From an uncultured virus (IMG/VR IMGVR_UViG_3300021399_004696) (taxonomy: Duplodnaviria > Heunggongvirae > Uroviricota > Caudoviricetes), in the IMG/VR virus record IMGVR_UViG_3300021399_004696: a stretch of 64,000 bases of DNA; one strand, 5' to 3'. Below the pieces are notes generated by a model. It saw only the letters and a program-made list of their open reading frames with translations. It was not told the DNA's origin and did not search any database. Below are positions 1 to 9,651 of this stretch, one piece after another. The translations under genes were made by a program, and so were the position numbers. The first letter of the stretch is position 1, and the number at the start of each line of letters is the position of its first letter.

Positions 1-329
1 GGGGCTGTCTAATACAAACATTGATTATATGTTGCCCGCCTTTTCCGAAAGTTTTCGTTACGGTTGTGGTGTGGGGCTTTAAGGAGGAATTGTCGGTAGC
101 CGGAATAGAAAAGGTTTTAGCGGACGACCCGAGCATTAGAGAATCGTAAAACACAAAATCTCAGATCTTATCTTTCAACATGTGATTATCCGAGATGAAA
201 GGCTAAATCAGTTGGCGCTAAGAAGAAAGGGCTTTGCGGAAGCAGGGCTCTTTTCTTCTGTAACACACCCTCGCCCAATCAAACTTTCTTTTCCAACATA
301 ATAAAGAAAAAATATGGAGGGCTTTTTAT

Positions 330-887
330 ATGGATCAGCAGGACCGCCACGTAATTTGGAGCAACACTTACGAAGCTATCAAAGCTATAGCCGATGACAG
401 CTCCGTAGAGATGAAGGATGAATACCCGGAGTTTGATGAGAACGACTGGTACAATTATGCCGTCGATACAAATAATATGTACTACGACGATGAGATCATG
501 AATCTCAAAGACGCAGTCAATCACGAGAAGGGGATACTGATATTCGGTAGAGCCGGACGCTGGGACGGCACGTATGATATCAGACCTCATTGTATCGGAT
601 CGGGCATAGCAGATATTTTATCTTCAGTATCCCATTTGGACGAAAAGACTTTCTATGTTGATAACGAAGGTGAGCTTCGTGTAGAAGGTTCGCACCACGA
701 TGCAAGTGATGCATATTACTACCGCGCTTTCAAGGATGACATTACCTGGGAGCAGAAAGACGATTGGCTTGAGCTTTGGTCTGAAAGAAGGCCCACACCC
801 GAAGAGATCGAAGAAGTAACGGTCAAGCTTGGCCCCGAGATTGCTATGGTTTACGGTTGGGAGCTTGATGGGGGCAAGGGTTTATGA
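330..887 (+). CDS. hypothetical protein
   Basis: 185-aa ORF with GGAGG RBS; acidic; no motif recognised. Confidence 0.8.
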   Translation: MDQQDRHVIWSNTYEAIKAIADDSSVEMKDEYPEFDENDWYNYAVDTNNMYYDDEIMNLKDAVNHEKGILIFGRAGRWDGTYDIRPHCIGSGIADILSSVSHLDEKTFYVDNEGELRVEGSHHDASDAYYYRAFKDDITWEQKDDWLELWSERRPTPEEIEEVTVKLGPEIAMVYGWELDGGKGL

Positions 888-1291
888 ACATCAATAAAGA
901 TTCTTTCATAAAGACTGATTTTGGGCAATATCTGGAACTTCCCATGGGTGTTGAGATCGACGAGCTTAAAGATGCACTGCAGTTCAGTTATGATCAGGGC
1001 TGGAGTAGGGTTCAATTTAATATCGGCGGAAGTTATTTTAAGGTAAGACCTGATATGTTTGAGGGCACAAAGGTTCCTTCGCATATTATACTGTTTGATC
1101 GAAATGCCGGATGTGCCGTATATGGCCCCTGGACTGAAGAGACTTATACGAAGCACTGGGAAGACGGGCGTCTCCGTTTGTACCCCGGGCGTGATACGAT
1201 TTGTGAACCTTATACGGATTTTGAGTCTGCGGCTTGTTTAATAGTCGCGGATCTTTCTCAGAGGTTGGCCGGGCCTCAGCATACGATGTAA
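884..1291 (+). CDS. hypothetical protein, paralog of 1311..1727
   Basis: ATGA overlap with the upstream gene; shares GRDTxC and ADLxQRLxGPQH with the next ORF. Confidence 0.8.
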   Translation: MNINKDSFIKTDFGQYLELPMGVEIDELKDALQFSYDQGWSRVQFNIGGSYFKVRPDMFEGTKVPSHIILFDRNAGCAVYGPWTEETYTKHWEDGRLRLYPGRDTICEPYTDFESAACLIVADLSQRLAGPQHTM

Positions 1292-1310
1292 TTTACAGGA
1301 GACTTGCGTT

Positions 1311-1727
1311 ATGGACAAAAAGAATTATCAGTCAGTCCCTAATAAAGAGTTTGGTGAAATCTATACCGTTGATCCCGATATATCTATTGATGAGATAATA
1401 GAAATAATGAACAAGACTCAAATTTCAGAGCACGGGCGTTGTGGTATTGACATTCTTGGGCTGAGAGATCCTGCGCTTCCAGATCACGTCGTTATGCCTT
1501 CATATCTTATCTTTTTCCAGTCCAAGACCGAAGACAGAGCTATTGTTGAAGGTGTCTGGACTCGCGAACAATATGAACAGGATCTGGCGGAGCTTAATAA
1601 TTTTAAGAACACAAAAATGTTCTTCGGGCGCGATACCCTTTGCGATAACTTTACAAAAGAGTTGTGTGCTCAGTCTATTGCAGCGGATCTGGCGCAAAGA
1701 TTATCAGGGCCTCAGCACGCTATCTAA
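1311..1727 (+). CDS. hypothetical protein, paralog of 884..1291
   Basis: AGGAG RBS; paralogous C-terminus. Confidence 0.8.
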   Translation: MDKKNYQSVPNKEFGEIYTVDPDISIDEIIEIMNKTQISEHGRCGIDILGLRDPALPDHVVMPSYLIFFQSKTEDRAIVEGVWTREQYEQDLAELNNFKNTKMFFGRDTLCDNFTKELCAQSIAADLAQRLSGPQHAI

Positions 1728-1767
1728 TCAGAATTTTTAAAAAGAGGTCTGGTGGCGGACCCTTTTT

Positions 1768-1810
1768 GTAACACCTGTTCCGGGACTGTTTGGAAATTTA
1801 TTAACATATT
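1768..1810 (+). promoter_or_regulatory. GTAACAC-N3-TTCCGGG-N20-CATATT promoter motif
   Basis: One of 15 intergenic copies with fixed 20-nt spacing to a -10-like hexamer. Confidence 0.7.
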
Positions 1811-1854
1811 TAATATGTGATAAGGGGATAGAGCCCCTAATAATTTTAAAATCG

Positions 1855-2319
1855 GTGGTCAGATATATGATAAAAGATAAGTTAATCAAAACATTTGATT
1901 CCATTTTGGATAAAACAGTTCCGATGCAGTTTACATCTTCTTTTGATACGCCTTCTTATGGGCCGGTTCCCGAGAAAGTCATTCATTATATAACAAAAGA
2001 GTTGCAGCAGAACGGATATAATCTTTTCAACCCCCAGCGCAAATCATCCAGGGCTATAGAGTGGGATGTTTCCGAAATAGGAACCAAGGTAGCGTCTGGA
2101 ATAAAATTCAGGTTTGGTGTTAACCAGGAGCGAGATACGATTTATACATCGCTTCGGGAAGGGCAGAATGTGCTGACTCAGTATAATATCCGGGAGATCG
2201 GAACCGTAAAGATAACCAAAGGTCAGGGTGGGGAAGTCGAGGTTAATAATCCTATGACTGAAGATAAAGTAGAGCTTGAGATGCGGGACCGTTTTGATTT
2301 TAGGGACTACGATCTGTAA
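1855..2319 (+). CDS. hypothetical protein
   Basis: 154-aa ORF filling the gap; start uncertain. Confidence 0.7.
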   Translation: MVRYMIKDKLIKTFDSILDKTVPMQFTSSFDTPSYGPVPEKVIHYITKELQQNGYNLFNPQRKSSRAIEWDVSEIGTKVASGIKFRFGVNQERDTIYTSLREGQNVLTQYNIREIGTVKITKGQGGEVEVNNPMTEDKVELEMRDRFDFRDYDL

Positions 2320-2321
2320 AG

Positions 2322-2354
2322 TTCCGGGACTTTTTCTGTTTTCTATAGCATTAT
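2322..2354 (+). promoter_or_regulatory. TTCCGGG-N20-CATTAT promoter motif
   Basis: Recurrent motif with fixed spacing. Confidence 0.7.
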
Positions 2355-2386
2355 TTAATTAATTAAACAGAAAGGAGTCTTTTCAC

Positions 2387-2899
2387 ATGGAGCAAAAAGG
2401 CTATATTACAACCAAAGACGGCGTCCTGAATTTGTTACAGACTCAGGATAAGGTATACAGGCGCGATGCTGAGAAGGTAGGAAGCGACAGATTGTCTGCA
2501 AGGGTCTGGGATCTTAAGCACATCGACAAGTATGACATCCTGACTTTTTATGAGACCCGCATCATCCACAAGGGCGAGCGCAAGGGCTGTAAGAAGAGAG
2601 AAGTATATTACATGCTTTGGGAAAAGGTATGTAAGTACATAAAGCCCGAGACGGTTTGCGATTTTCTTGCAAGCACTGGCTGGACGGAATATGAGTATTC
2701 AAAGTCCGGTAAGGATGAGTTCAGGTGGTTCACCAAGTACAGAAAGCCTATGAAGGACGGTAAGGGTACTGTAGCGATCCCTTTGGATCAGGACGGATTT
2801 AATTATCCGACATACATGAAGACGGCCCTTGTGTATATTTGGGAAAATAACGCCAAGTATAAGAAGTTCGTTGATCTGGTAAAGAAGGTTATGGACTGA
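2387..2899 (+). CDS. hypothetical protein
   Basis: AGAAAGGAG RBS; basic 170-aa ORF. Confidence 0.8.
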   Translation: MEQKGYITTKDGVLNLLQTQDKVYRRDAEKVGSDRLSARVWDLKHIDKYDILTFYETRIIHKGERKGCKKREVYYMLWEKVCKYIKPETVCDFLASTGWTEYEYSKSGKDEFRWFTKYRKPMKDGKGTVAIPLDQDGFNYPTYMKTALVYIWENNAKYKKFVDLVKKVMD

Positions 2900-3058
2900 T
2901 TTTTGGGCTAAATTGTGCAATCCCGTTCGTTTGGGAGCGCGATTTCCTTAAAAATTTGTTGTATAATGTAACATATAGAAATATGTTTCAAGGGGTTTAG
3001 CCTAACAAGCTTGCCCCTTTTATAATGCAATTTTTTGTACAGAGTATAGGAGCAGAAG

Positions 3059-3862
3059 ATGGAAAAGATAAAGGTTAATGAACTGTTTTCGGGAATAGGG
3101 GCTTTTAGGAAGGCGCTGGATAAACTTGAGATTCCGTATGAGATAGTAGGGATATCTGAAATAGACAAGTTTGCTATCAAGTCATATGAAGCGATCTTTG
3201 GCCCGACACGCAATTACGGTGACATTAGTAAGATCGATGCTTTAGATTATGCAGACCTTTGGACCTGGGGGTTTCCTTGTACCGACATCTCGGTAGCAGG
3301 CGAGCAGAAAGGCATGATCCAGGGCGAAACTCGAAGCGGATTGCTCTATGAAGTTATCCGTCTTTTAAGAACTGCAGTCGAAAACGGTACGGCGCCTAAA
3401 TTTTTGATAATGGAAAACGTAAAGAATCTGGTAGGTAAAAAGTTCGGTGAGCAGTTCAAAGAAGTGGTTAAAGTCCTGGATTCTCTCGGATATGATAATT
3501 ACTGGCAGGTATTGAAAGCTTCGGATTACGGAGTGCCTCAGAGAAGAGAGCGTGTCTTCATGGTCTCTATCCGCAAAGACCTCGGCAAAACATTTTCTTT
3601 TGCAGACCCGATACATTTAGATACTTCTTTTGCGGATCTGTTAGAAGATGCAGATGAGGTAGATGAGAAATACTATCTGACTGAAGGTTACCTTGAGGGA
3701 TTTGAAAGCCGAAACATAAAAAACAAAGAGCGTGGAGTGAATTTTATATTTGAACCTCAGAAGAGGGGGGAGCAGCAGATCGCAAAGACGATAACAACAA
3801 AAGCCGGGCAGAGGCCGTGCGATAACTTTGTGATAGAATGTGAGGAGAAGAAAAATGGATGA
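3059..3862 (+). CDS. DNA cytosine-5 methyltransferase, N-terminal part (motifs I-VIII)
   Basis: ELFSGIG, catalytic GFPC, ENV, PQRRERVF; motifs IX-X absent. Confidence 0.93.
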   Translation: MEKIKVNELFSGIGAFRKALDKLEIPYEIVGISEIDKFAIKSYEAIFGPTRNYGDISKIDALDYADLWTWGFPCTDISVAGEQKGMIQGETRSGLLYEVIRLLRTAVENGTAPKFLIMENVKNLVGKKFGEQFKEVVKVLDSLGYDNYWQVLKASDYGVPQRRERVFMVSIRKDLGKTFSFADPIHLDTSFADLLEDADEVDEKYYLTEGYLEGFESRNIKNKERGVNFIFEPQKRGEQQIAKTITTKAGQRPCDNFVIECEEKKNG

Positions 3863-5075
3863 CAGAAGTTTTGGGTCTAAAGGGAGCAAATCGTTAATGA
3901 GTTATACACTTATGCATAAAGATCAGCCCGTTCTTGAGTGCTTGATAGACAGCAAGACTGGAGTTATTGCTAAGATCAATGAAGTTCATTCTTTGGAACA
4001 CGCTCCTCTAGGCGGGTTAAGGTCTGACGGTAAACTTGACAGACACGAATTGAACAGCTGGTGGGTTGGCAGATCGATTCCGTCGCACCGTATGCACATA
4101 CAGAATGTTTTAGACACCCTTGGTGTCAATGATACAAAAATGCTTTTAACTAAAAGTTTTGGATTGAGTCTTTCTGATCAGTATTGGGTTAAGCCTCAAA
4201 ATTCCAACATATCTTGGGAGCAGGTTAATTTCTTTACTAATACTTTTTCTGAAGACCTCGGGGATCTGTTGTTAGGGTTACCCGTAGATAAAAGCGGTAA
4301 AGATATCGATCTTAATGTGCCGGATAATACCTCGGACGGATACTTGGAAAAAGGTTGGAAGATCTTCGATGGTGTCAGATGCCTGGTGAAAGCGGGAGAA
4401 GCTCCTTTTTATCAGCAACCTTTCAATGAAGTTATAGCGGCCGATCTAATGGAAAGACTGGGCGTTAGCCATGCTGAGTATTCGGTTTGTTGGCTGAGCG
4501 AAAAACCTTATTGTGTAACGCCGGATATCGTAGACGTTGATCATGAGATCGTACCTATGGCACAGGTATTGAATGTTAAGAAACAGAAGGGCAGTGAGTC
4601 TATCTATCAACATACGATCAACTGTTGTAAAGATCTCGGGTTTGATAAAGTTGAAAAGTCGTTAAATGAGATGATGGTTATTGACTATATTTTAGGTAAT
4701 GAAGACAGGCATTTTAACAATTTTGGTTTGATGCGAAATGCTCAGACCCTTGAGATCGAAGGGCTGGTTCCTTTGTTTGATACCGGCTCATCTTTAGGCT
4801 ATAACAAGATAGCTCGTGATATAAGGGCAGAACGGGATATGGAATGTAAGCCTTTTAGAAAAAAGCACGAAGACCAGATTAAGCTGGTAAAAGATCTCAG
4901 TTGGGTGGATTTTAACGCTTTGGCCGACTTTTCTGAAAAGATACGAGAGGTTTTTAAAGGAGCAGAAGAGCTTGTCGGAAAGGATCGAATAGACGCGATC
5001 TGTCACGGAGTAGAAAAGAGAATAGGCCGATTAAAGGAAATGTCGGCTACTCTTATATCCGAGCCGAGCTTATAG
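3855..5075 (+). CDS. HipA-like Ser/Thr kinase domain protein
   Basis: SLSDQYW, SDGYLEKGW, DRHFNNFG and FDTGSSL motifs; GAGGAG RBS before ATG 3855. Confidence 0.85.
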   Translation: MDDRSFGSKGSKSLMSYTLMHKDQPVLECLIDSKTGVIAKINEVHSLEHAPLGGLRSDGKLDRHELNSWWVGRSIPSHRMHIQNVLDTLGVNDTKMLLTKSFGLSLSDQYWVKPQNSNISWEQVNFFTNTFSEDLGDLLLGLPVDKSGKDIDLNVPDNTSDGYLEKGWKIFDGVRCLVKAGEAPFYQQPFNEVIAADLMERLGVSHAEYSVCWLSEKPYCVTPDIVDVDHEIVPMAQVLNVKKQKGSESIYQHTINCCKDLGFDKVEKSLNEMMVIDYILGNEDRHFNNFGLMRNAQTLEIEGLVPLFDTGSSLGYNKIARDIRAERDMECKPFRKKHEDQIKLVKDLSWVDFNALADFSEKIREVFKGAEELVGKDRIDAICHGVEKRIGRLKEMSATLISEPSL

Positions 5076-5101
5076 AATATATAAACTTACAGAAACGGAG
5101 G

Positions 5102-5130
5102 AAAGAGCATCCTAAACGGGTGCTTTTTTA
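5102..5130 (+). terminator. intrinsic terminator after the HipA-like gene
   Basis: AGCATCC/GGGTGCT stem followed by a T run. Confidence 0.6.
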
Positions 5131-5140
5131 TTGGAACAAA

Positions 5141-5548
5141 ATGGATGGTTGTATTTTGGCCGGACGATTAGCCGGAGAAAAATGGGATAAATATCTGGAT
5201 CAGCAGAGGCGCGTTTATGATCCTAAAGGATTGTGTCCGACGTTGGTTACCAGTGTAGGTGGGCATCATATAGCTAAGATCTTGGAAAGGAGCAACGAAA
5301 TGGGCAAAGAAAGAACCAGAATCAGACGGCTGACACCGTTGGAGTGCTGGAGGCTTCAAGCCTTTGAAGACGAGGATTTTGAAAAAGCCTCAAAAGTTTG
5401 TAGTGATACACAGCTTTATAAACAGGCTGGCAACTCTATTGCGGTAGATGTATTGGTTAACGGCATATTAAAGCCTTTGCTTTTGGATGAGCCTCCTAAG
5501 CAGATGACTATTCAAGAAATAATCGCGGCTCAGGACGGAGGTGATTGA
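5141..5548 (+). CDS. DNA cytosine-5 methyltransferase, C-terminal part (TRD remnant plus motifs IX-X)
   Basis: IRRLTPLECWRLQAF and QLYKQAGNSI. Confidence 0.88.
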   Translation: MDGCILAGRLAGEKWDKYLDQQRRVYDPKGLCPTLVTSVGGHHIAKILERSNEMGKERTRIRRLTPLECWRLQAFEDEDFEKASKVCSDTQLYKQAGNSIAVDVLVNGILKPLLLDEPPKQMTIQEIIAAQDGGD

Positions 5549-5888
5549 ATTGGGAACAGAAGGAGCTGAAAACACTACTGCCGTAGTAAAAGTCGACATA
5601 AATTCGATGTATAAGATAAGCAGGATCGCCAACAACAACGGCGGGATTTCGTACGGGGCAGTGTTAAACGGGTTAATAGAATGTGTCAGAGAAGATCTGA
5701 ATGTATCTTTTTTGGATCTCTCGCCGTATTCATCGGATCGAGCGCATTCTCATCCCATCAGGATCTCGAAAGTGTCTTATGAAAAGGTTTGTCATATAGC
5801 TAAGCTTTCGGAAACATCAATCACCTGCATCTTAGGATTTATGGTGGCGCATTTCCCCGAGGATTTCTTGATTCAGGAGGGAATATGA
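5541..5888 (+). CDS. hypothetical protein, possibly small DNA-binding
   Basis: 115-aa ORF overlapping neighbours at both ends. Confidence 0.6.
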   Translation: MIELGTEGAENTTAVVKVDINSMYKISRIANNNGGISYGAVLNGLIECVREDLNVSFLDLSPYSSDRAHSHPIRISKVSYEKVCHIAKLSETSITCILGFMVAHFPEDFLIQEGI

Positions 5889-6664
5889 GTGGTAAAACTT
5901 ATAAAATAATAAACGGCGTTCTGATCCTGATCGCAAGCGCAGCGGTTATCGGACTGGGGTATAGCAGTTATAAGATCATTACCGCAAGGCAGGAAACAGC
6001 AGCTTTTGAAAAGGAGCTGGACGGTTTACAAGAAATGCGTGATGAGAACCTGCCCACAGCAGCGGTTGATCCAGGCGACGATGTTAACGCAGAAGATGTT
6101 AACGGAGACGGATATCTGGATGTGTACGAATCTTTTTACCTTTCAAATCCGGATTTTACGGGCTGGCTTACGATCGAAGGCACTGATGTGGACTTTCCTG
6201 TTATGCAGGCTTCGCAAGAAGATCCTACTTATTATCTGAGCCATAATTTTGACCGTGAATATTCAGTCTTTGGTTTACCTTTTGTTCAGGCGGAATGTAC
6301 GGTTGATTCTAAACAGGTAATTATATACGGGCATCACATGAGGCAATATAACATGTTCGCTCAGTTGGACCCGTATGTTGAGCAGGATTTTTACGATGAG
6401 CACAGGATCATTAATTTTGACACCCGCACTGAACATAGGGAATATGAAGTCTTTGCCGTTATAACGATCTCGGCTTTTGATGAGTCGTTTGCTTGGTGGC
6501 AATATCCTGACGGGTATGACGGATTTGTTGCTGATGCTTTAGAAAGGTCGTTGATAGATAACGGTGGTATGGAAGTATCAGATGATGATGAATTTATCAC
6601 ATTGGTGACATGTGAGTATACGCATAACAACGGAAGATTATTAATTATAGGAAAGCGTGTATAA
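5885..6664 (+). CDS. srtB: class B sortase
   Basis: N-terminal TM segment; IYGHHM, TLVTC, GRLLIIG. Confidence 0.92.
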   Translation: MSGKTYKIINGVLILIASAAVIGLGYSSYKIITARQETAAFEKELDGLQEMRDENLPTAAVDPGDDVNAEDVNGDGYLDVYESFYLSNPDFTGWLTIEGTDVDFPVMQASQEDPTYYLSHNFDREYSVFGLPFVQAECTVDSKQVIIYGHHMRQYNMFAQLDPYVEQDFYDEHRIINFDTRTEHREYEVFAVITISAFDESFAWWQYPDGYDGFVADALERSLIDNGGMEVSDDDEFITLVTCEYTHNNGRLLIIGKRV

Positions 6665-6681
6665 GAAAGGAGACACAAGAG

Positions 6682-6963
6682 ATGAATATCAAGAGCGCAC
6701 TCGCGGAAATGATAAAAAATGACGAGTTCACTAAGATCGCGGACTGTAAGGTATACGGTAAGAAAGAGCGTAAAAAGGCTCTGGAAGATCGGGATATGCT
6801 CAATAAGATGAGTATGGAATTTGGCGGTTTTGATCAGATTCCTTTTCCTGTTTTGGTAACCGGGATATCTTCACGGGAAGTTCTCAGGGGGCTTGTTGTT
6901 TATATGGCAACCAGTGAGGTTGCAAACACGGATGATAAGAACAAAAACAGAAAGGTTAATTAA
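6682..6963 (+). CDS. hypothetical protein
   Basis: AAGGAG RBS; 93 aa. Confidence 0.7.
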   Translation: MNIKSALAEMIKNDEFTKIADCKVYGKKERKKALEDRDMLNKMSMEFGGFDQIPFPVLVTGISSREVLRGLVVYMATSEVANTDDKNKNRKVN

Positions 6964-6980
6964 AGAAAGGAGCTTTAAAC

Positions 6981-7769
6981 ATGAAACAGTTCAAGAAAAG
7001 TATTGCCGTCTTTTTGGCAATCATGATGGCAGGAAGTGCAGTCGGTCTGACCGGATGTATGAAGAAAGGCGACAAAGGAAACACCGAGGAAGGCGACGCA
7101 GATGCTGCAGAAGAGTATTCTATGTCGGATGTTAAGGGCTGGTGTTCTGATGTAGGCAGTCAGTATATGAGCAGTGCCCTGACGTTTGATTTTAACGCTA
7201 TGATGGAGTGCTCTGATTATGAGACGAATGGCGGAGTTGAAGATGCACTCTTCAATTATTTTGATGATGTAACTGCTGATGAGTGGCTTTACGAGTTCTA
7301 TTACGAAACTTTAGGTGAGGCTACATACAATACCAGCAACTTTGAGTACGATCTGGACGCAGGTACAGCATCGATGGATTATCGTATTGCGATCGATGAC
7401 TATTCATCTGATAATCCCAACGCCGTGATCAGGTATATCATTACTCTTGATTTCCTTCTGGATACGGAGAATGAGTCGGCTGTTATCGCTAATCCCAGCG
7501 TTATTATTGCCGGTTTCTATCAGGAAGCTTGTGATGACTATAACAGATATCTGTTGAGAGAACTGGATGCAACATCTTACGTTGAATCTCAGAGAGCAGA
7601 CGAGACTGAGGCCACTGAGGAGACGGAGCCTGTTGAAACAGCAGCCCCTACACCCACACCTGAGCCTACTCCCACGCCTACTCCCACGCCTACACCCGAG
7701 CCTGAGCCTGAAGAGACAGAGCCTGAAGAGACAGAGCCTGCCGAGACCGAAGCAGCAGGAGAGGCATAA
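6981..7769 (+). CDS. acidic lipoprotein with Pro/Thr-rich tail
   Basis: Signal peptide with LTGC lipobox; PTPEPTPT repeats. Confidence 0.85.
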   Translation: MKQFKKSIAVFLAIMMAGSAVGLTGCMKKGDKGNTEEGDADAAEEYSMSDVKGWCSDVGSQYMSSALTFDFNAMMECSDYETNGGVEDALFNYFDDVTADEWLYEFYYETLGEATYNTSNFEYDLDAGTASMDYRIAIDDYSSDNPNAVIRYIITLDFLLDTENESAVIANPSVIIAGFYQEACDDYNRYLLRELDATSYVESQRADETEATEETEPVETAAPTPTPEPTPTPTPTPTPEPEPEETEPEETEPAETEAAGEA

Positions 7770-7807
7770 TCTCGAAAAAGTTTCAAAAACATTAGGAGGG
7801 AAGGACT

Positions 7808-8131
7808 ATGGAAGACGGATTCAAGGATGACGGCACTTTTATTACCAGCATCGAGGAAGTTGTCGGTTCTGACGGAAAGGGCATTGTTATAAACACTAAA
7901 GACGGTGTTTATCTGACCTCTGAAGAGAAAATGGTTGCATATGCTTCCAAAGAAGGCTACGGAGTACGTTTGTATAATCACGAGCCTTCGGAAACGATGT
8001 GGAAGCACATTAAGGCGTTTTTCGGTGATGATCTTACAAAAAAGGATTGGTATCGGATGCCGTATGTAGAGGGGATCGGGGTTGCTCATGAAAGGCGACC
8101 CAAACATAGTTTATCGGGGGGCCGTTACTGA
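7808..8131 (+). CDS. hypothetical protein
   Basis: GGAGG RBS; 107 aa; directly upstream of the relaxase. Confidence 0.7.
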   Translation: MEDGFKDDGTFITSIEEVVGSDGKGIVINTKDGVYLTSEEKMVAYASKEGYGVRLYNHEPSETMWKHIKAFFGDDLTKKDWYRMPYVEGIGVAHERRPKHSLSGGRY

Positions 8132-8133
8132 TT

Positions 8134-8988
8134 ATGGCGACAAGTAAGATATGGGCAGTTCATACCAGCTCTGGTAATAAGATCGGATATATAGAAGATA
8201 AGGAGAAGACGACAGCTTCTATAGAAGATTTGGTGCCGGTCGTAACTGAAGGTGTGAAGACAGATAACGGGCGTTTGGTTGCAGGCTTGAACTGTGACCC
8301 ATGGAGCGCCATGTCCGAAATGGAGTCTGTTAAACAGAAGTTCAGTAAGACAGACGGTGTGCAGGCATATCATGGCTATATCAGTTTTGGGCCGAAAGAT
8401 TCTATGTCAGCTACAGATGTACTTAAAGTTGCAAAAGAAGTGGCTGAAGATATCTGGGGCGACCGCTTTCAGGTTGTTTTGGCGGTGCATAACAACACAA
8501 ATACTTTGCACTGTCATTTTGTAGTTAATTCGGTGTCGTTTGTTGATGGTTTGAAAGCCAGAGACAACGAACATAACTATTACTACTTGAAGCAAAAAGT
8601 AGACGAGAAGTGTAAAAAGTATGATTTGGCGGTTACGGAACCTTATTCTCGTAAGATTGTGCCCAAGGGCGAAGTAATAAGAACTTTATATGAAGCCAAG
8701 GCGCAGGCGTCTGGCGATCGTGTTGCTTTTGATGAGCTTTTGCGCGAGAAAGGGTTTAAGTTCATTTCCGATGACCGCGTCAGAGCTCCTGACGGGAAGA
8801 GGTATATAACTACCGATCTTGATCCCAAATTGACAATTAAAGCCGCGGACTTTAAGACGTTTGATACGGAATCCGTTGCCAAGCCTGTCGTTCCTGCAGT
8901 TAATAAAACTGTTGAACAGGAGCAGAAAAAAGGCCTCGACCTTTCGTTTATGGAAGATATTTCCGGGCGTAAAGTCGATAAAGAATAA
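8134..8988 (+). CDS. relaxase/mobilization nuclease (MOBP family)
   Basis: N-terminal Tyr (IGYIED), AYHGYISF, and HUH motif HNNTNTLHCHFVVNSVS. Confidence 0.9.
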   Translation: MATSKIWAVHTSSGNKIGYIEDKEKTTASIEDLVPVVTEGVKTDNGRLVAGLNCDPWSAMSEMESVKQKFSKTDGVQAYHGYISFGPKDSMSATDVLKVAKEVAEDIWGDRFQVVLAVHNNTNTLHCHFVVNSVSFVDGLKARDNEHNYYYLKQKVDEKCKKYDLAVTEPYSRKIVPKGEVIRTLYEAKAQASGDRVAFDELLREKGFKFISDDRVRAPDGKRYITTDLDPKLTIKAADFKTFDTESVAKPVVPAVNKTVEQEQKKGLDLSFMEDISGRKVDKE

Positions 8989-9002
8989 AGGAGGGATGAA
9001 AT

Positions 9003-9572
9003 ATGAGTTTTGAGGCATCAGGCGATAAATGTCAGGTATGCGGAGCAGCTTTGTTTTACTCCCCCGGCCTGACTAAAAAGAGTGAATTATGTTGCAGCGG
9101 GTGCGCCCGTTCTTTCAAAGCAACCAAAGAACATCGACTTATACCTGAAGATGCCGGGCGCGTCCGTTTGATGAAGCAGGGTAAAACAATTCCTGAAAGG
9201 GCTGATATTGAAGATAAGTATAAGGAAATACCGTCTTCGGTCGGTAAGCCCGAAGAATATCCCGGTGCTTTCTGGGATACGAACAAACAGCTTTGGAAGA
9301 CCAGCAAAGAACGTAAAGAAAAAGATATTCCTAAAGAAGTAATAATCGGTCCTTCCAACTATAGCGGGGTACAAGATCCGCCTGAGATTCACAGCCCATA
9401 TACGAGTGATGAGCCGGCACCTGGTTATCGAAATCCGGGATTTGGACTTTATGGTGATTTTGTTAACCCCTTAGGTGGCTCAAACTATTGTGCTATCTGT
9501 GGAACCCCTTTGATGGGTGGGGGTGTATGTACAAAATGCGTTAATCCTATGCAAGGGGTTGATCCATATTGA
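9003..9572 (+). CDS. hypothetical protein with N- and C-terminal zinc ribbons
   Basis: Paired CxxC motifs at both termini. Confidence 0.75.
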   Translation: MSFEASGDKCQVCGAALFYSPGLTKKSELCCSGCARSFKATKEHRLIPEDAGRVRLMKQGKTIPERADIEDKYKEIPSSVGKPEEYPGAFWDTNKQLWKTSKERKEKDIPKEVIIGPSNYSGVQDPPEIHSPYTSDEPAPGYRNPGFGLYGDFVNPLGGSNYCAICGTPLMGGGVCTKCVNPMQGVDPY

Positions 9573-9651
9573 TAAGTAACACTTAGATATGGAAAGCACA
9601 AGGCGCTGCAAGATAGAGTGTGGGTAGATAATTATATGGGGAGGACGTTTT

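Noticed and set aside
3852..5147. Intron or excision element restoring a single in-frame methyltransferase
   Set aside because: Joining at the AAAATGGATG repeats leaves the halves out of frame (a stop follows within about 15 codons); no splicing or recombinase signatures seen.
7650..7745. Short tandem DNA repeats (also near 26060-26130 and 28040-28120)
   Set aside because: They encode Pro/Thr/Glu linkers within proteins; not CRISPR or iterons.
7589..8107. Minus-strand ORFs such as 7589..8107, 14374..14763, 28633..29691 and 39635..40285
   Set aside because: Antisense shadows of well-supported + strand genes; no recognisable motifs.
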